Of a DNA stretch of 64,000 nt, positions 60,068 through 64,000 are shown piece after piece. The stretch lies in NCBI GenBank assembly GCA_025558095.1, contig JAIVFI010000001.1:1-64000 (forward strand), read 5' to 3'. This stretch comes from Hyaloraphidium curvatum SAG 235-1. Its lineage: Eukaryota; Fungi; Monoblepharomycota. A program made the position numbers and the translations under genes. The notes below the pieces were generated by a model. The model had not been told where the DNA came from and did not search any database. It saw only the letters and a list, made by a program, of their open reading frames with translations. The first letter of the stretch is position 1, and each line of letters begins with the position of its first letter.

Positions 60068-61330
60068 CTAGAACGCATCCGGCGCCGGGGTGGCCCTTGC
60101 CTTGATCGCGCGGCGGAAGTTCCCGTCCGCTTCGCGGCGGGCGAGCAGCTCGCGGCGGCCCAGGCGGATGGTGGAGGGGTTCTGCGATCGGGAACGGGGT
60201 CAGCGGGGCGTGCGACGGGGCGGGGGCGGGAAAACGCACGTCGACGACGATCGGGTAGGTCTCGCCGTTCGGCGGCGGTGGCGGTTGCCCGAAGGTGTTG
60301 GTCTGGAAGAACGTGCTGGTGAGGAGGAAGCGGAGAATGTACTGGGTGGTCGGCAGGAGCGGCCGCCGGACGAGGATGGTGCACAGGCCGCTAATGTTGG
60401 TGATGCAGAACGTCACCACGTTATCCTGGCGTTCGGCGAGGCGCCGGGCGGTCGGAGAGGGGCCGACGAGATCCACCCGGGCGTTTGCCACGGGCTGCCC
60501 AGCGTCGTTCCGGACCGAGACGAGCATCCGGACAGCGGCGCTCTGCGTGATCGTTTTGCTGGTCGTCCTGGTCACGATCTTGACGGTGGTGGTCTTGACG
60601 CGGGTCGTGGTCCTGGTCTTTGTCACGGTGGAAGTAACCCTTGTGATGCAGCACCTCCGGCCGGACCCGCCGGGCCGGGGTACGACGCCGCGGGGGCAGG
60701 CCTGGCAGTAGTCGCGGGCAAAGAGGGCGTGCGCATCGTCGTCGCCGGCGTCGACGGGCGATTGGTCGTCGGCTGGGCCCATGTCGCGCTCGGAGAGGGC
60801 ATCGGAGTCGACGGCTTGGGCGGGCTCCTCGTCGACCGGAGGGGGCGCCGGCAGGTCCTCGGCGGGGATCTCCAGGACCGCCTGAGCAGCGACCGCCGGC
60901 TCGACGTCCTCGTCCCTTGCTTCGAGGCGGCGCCGGACCAGCGAGGTGACGGTCACGGTGCGGGTGGTCGTCCTGGTGCGCTTGACGGTCTTGACCGCGG
61001 TCTTTGTCCTGTACCTTGTCACGCGCACGGTCGTGGCTTTCTTGCAGCAGCAATTCGCGCCGGCCCAACCGGACCCGGAGGAGCTGCGATGGGGGTGAGC
61101 GACGCCGCCCGCTGTGAGGGGGATCGCGCGGCACGCACCACGAGGGGCCCTTGACCCAGGCCAGCCCTGTGTTGCCGTTGGGCGAGATGTCCTGTGCCGC
61201 GGCGGGGGGCGCCGACAGGGCGATGGCCAGCGCGAGGGCGGCCGCGGCCAGGAGATACGGGGCGGGCTGTGCGGGCGGCGACGGGTGAGCGGCGCGTGGG
61301 CCCCGGTTCCGGGGCGCTTACGGTGCGCAT
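60068..61330 (-). CDS. Secreted modular Cys/Thr/Lys-rich protein, paralog B
   Basis: MRT micro first exon, signal peptide, WVKGPSC..W.GANCCC, RRRLEAR, LFARDYCQACPRG, tail IRLGRRELLARREADGNFRRAIKARATPAPDAF*. Confidence 0.85.
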
Positions 61331-61970
61331 CTTCCGCGGCTATCCGAGCGCGCGGCTTCGCGGGCCAGGAGGGCACTGGTGCTGTGGGGGAGCGCGATGA
61401 CGAGATCGCCTGCGGGTCGAGGGCGGGTCCACCACAGGAATTTCCGCTCGCGCAGACTCAGGTGGATGGGCTGGTGAAGCGGCACCCGTGAACTGTTGCT
61501 GACCCGTTCGACAGCGCCTCTCGAAAGCGCTTCTGACCGGACAAATCAGATCAATTAGACATGGTTTTCCATGCCTAGCTCGGGGAACGAGACTGTCCGG
61601 CTTCCATCGCCCGGTGCCTTATAGACGCTTTGCCTGTCTGGCGACCACCCATCCCCGCGCAACCCCGCCCGCACCGCTCGTAATCCAGATACCCCGCGAT
61701 CGACCCTGTCTGCCTGCTCCGGGTATCCCTGCGCTATTTCTCCGCGCCGGCCGCGCCGGCATCTCGGTTTGCCCGCCGATCCCGCCCGTTTGCCACACCT
61801 GGACCACAACCCCGGCGCACGAACAAGCACATCCATCGGCGATCGAAACGTCTATCGCATAGTGAGGATCTAAGTGTCAGCAGTATACAGGCCAATAAAG
61901 TACACATCATCGGAGCGGGGTCGGGCCCGACGGAAGCGAGCCGCAGCAACCAGCGCCGGGCCCCGAACGC

Positions 61971-63266
61971 CTAGAACACCACGGGCGCGGGCGTCGCCCT
62001 GGCCTTGAGCGCGCGGCGGTACCTCCCGTCGGCGCCCTTGCGCGCGATCAGCTCGCGGGCGCCGAGGCGGGCGCTGCTCTCGGGCTGCGGAGGAAGGGCG
62101 GATGGGTCAGTTGTGGCGGATAGCGGGCAGAAAGGCGAGGCTACTCACGACGACGATGGGGTAGACACCCCCGCTCGGCGGCGGCGGCGGCTGGCCGCTC
62201 GCGTCGGTGGGGATCGGGATGTCCGGGGCGCCCGGAGTGAGAATGGCGTAGTTCGAGTTTGGGGTGAGGGGTGTCGGGTACAGGAGGTTGCAGATGCCGG
62301 TGGTGGGGTGTGTGTAGCAGAAGGCCCAGATGTCGCGCTTGCCCAGCCGGCCGATGGGGGGCCCGACGAGCTGCACGAGGGCGTTGCCAACGGGCGTGCC
62401 GTTCTGCGTCTTGACCTGTAATCGCATGGAGGAGGGTCAGGAATGGAGCCGGGGCATCGCGGGGGCATGTCTGACCTGGACCGGGATCCGCACCGCCGCG
62501 CTCTGTGATGCGGTCACCGTGATCGTCTTTGTCGCCGTCTTGACCGTCGTCGTCTTGATCCGCGTGGTCGTCTTGGTCCGAGTGGTCGTGGAGGTAACTT
62601 TGGTGACGCAGCACCTCTCCCCAGACCCGCTGGGGCGGGGCGCGACGCCGCGGGGGCAAGCCTGGCAGTAGTTCCGTGCAAACAGCCTGCGTTCCTCGGC
62701 GTCGACAGGGGACTGCTCGACGGGGGCCTCGTCCAAGCCGAGCGGCGCGACGGCGGGCTCCTCATCGGCCGGAGCAGGGGGCAGTGGCTCCTCCGTGGGC
62801 GTCTCGAGGATCTCCTCAGCGGGATCCACGGCCTCCTCGGGCTCCTCGTCGTCCTGCCTCGCCTCGAGCCGGCGCCGCACGAGCGTCGTCGTGGTGACCG
62901 TGCGCGTCAACGTTCTCGTCCGCTTCACCGTCTTGACCGCCGTCTTGGTCTTGTACTTTGTCACCCGCACCGTCGTCGGGCGCCGGCAGCAGCACCCCAC
63001 TCCGCCCCACGCGCTGGAGGAGCTGCATCCGCCGTGAGTCACCTCCTCGCGCCCGGGGACAACCCGCCGACCCACCACTGCGGGCCCTTGACCCATCCCG
63101 AGCCCGAGTGTTCGTTCGGCGAGACATCCTGCGCGGCGGTGTGGCGCGCGGAGAGGGAGATGGCGAGCGCGAGCGCCAGCGCGGCGAGCGCGAGGAGGGA
63201 CGGCGGCTGCAGCGCGGCGGGCGTCAGCGTTGGGAGCGGTGCGCGGAAGGCGCGCCGGACCTTCAT
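61971..63266 (-). CDS. Secreted modular Cys/Thr/Lys-rich protein, paralog C (extra intron 62416-62475)
   Basis: MK first exon, signal peptide, WVKGPQC..WGGVGCCC, RRRLEARQ, LFARNYCQACPRG, RLGKRD, tail RLGARELIARKGADGRYRRALKARATPAPVVF*. Confidence 0.85.
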
Positions 63267-64000
63267 GGGCGGATCTTGCGGTGCGTTGCTCGGCGTGTCG
63301 GTTGTGGATCTGTTGGACGGCGAGCAGATGGTGGAGTGAGTCGGAGGGCGGTGGCGAGTGCGGCCTTTTTCCCTGGCGGGGCGGACGTGGCGCAGCGGGC
63401 GTCCTGACGACGTCATCGCCCAGCGTGCCCGAATCGCCAACAAACGGCTTACAAACCGGCCTCCGCGCCTTTCGGATTCTTTCCACCACCATCGGCACTC
63501 GATGTAGGCGGGTGCGGGGATCCTCTCGCCCCTCTGGAGGTCGCGTTGTCGCAATCGCAGGCTGCGGCATGTCACGTGAATCACGTGAATCATGATTCAC
63601 TCGTCCCGCCGAGGCCCACCCGACGACGCTGTCCGTCTCCGCAGCCGGGCTGCACACCGTCATGCGGATCCAAAGAATCGCTCCCGCGCTGCCGGTGCGC
63701 CGCGGTGATCTGATCGCGGCCCGGATCTGCAGGTCTTGCTCCGGCGGGCCCATGCCTCGCCGCTTCTCCCATGCGCCTACACTGATCGAATGGCTGTCAA
63801 TTCTGCTCTGATGCGCCGTCCAGTTGGCTTTTGCGCTTCCGAACGGCCTCCTCCCGGATGGTGGGTGACGGAGACGGGGGCTCCGCGCGGATAGAGGCCC
63901 CAATCCTTCCTCACTCAACCACAGGCAAGATCATCCATCCATTACGATGTATTCCCGGGAATCCGATGTCGTTGGACCCTCCCCTCTCCGGACGGACCCT

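Larger units (their letters stand above)
58779..61340 (-). repeat. Right arm of inverted segmental duplication
   Basis: See left arm. Confidence 0.85.

Overview
GC-rich, intron-containing eukaryotic genomic DNA. It is most likely from a chytrid-grade (early-diverging) fungus, based on the Zn2Cys6 factor, chytrid-like 5.8S start, short introns with CTGAC/CTCAC branch sites and expanded MYND/F-box-like families. A Monoblepharidomycete such as Hyaloraphidium is a guess, not verified. From left to right: (1) the 3' part of a chromodomain-bearing Ty3/gypsy element with an apparently perfect internal 2.9-kb tandem duplication, a PPT and a very short LTR; (2) a Zn2Cys6 TF and a decayed accessory zone (MYND and kinase relics, possible solo LTR); (3) a 2OG-Fe(II) oxygenase, a P450, an F-box-like relic, a BVMO/FMO, YME2, an MFS transporter and an alpha/beta hydrolase; (4) one complete minus-strand 18S-5.8S-28S rDNA unit between single-copy genes; (5) an MHR-only TF, a Nup82/88-like gene and a hypothetical gene; (6) an inverted duplication enclosing a coiled-coil gene and a PTEN-C2-FH1-FH2 formin. 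The arms carry a family of secreted, probably Kex2-processed, Cys/Thr/Lys-rich modular proteins (three paralogs), a PAN/apple gene and a 151-bp MITE. All exon models and counts were made by eye.
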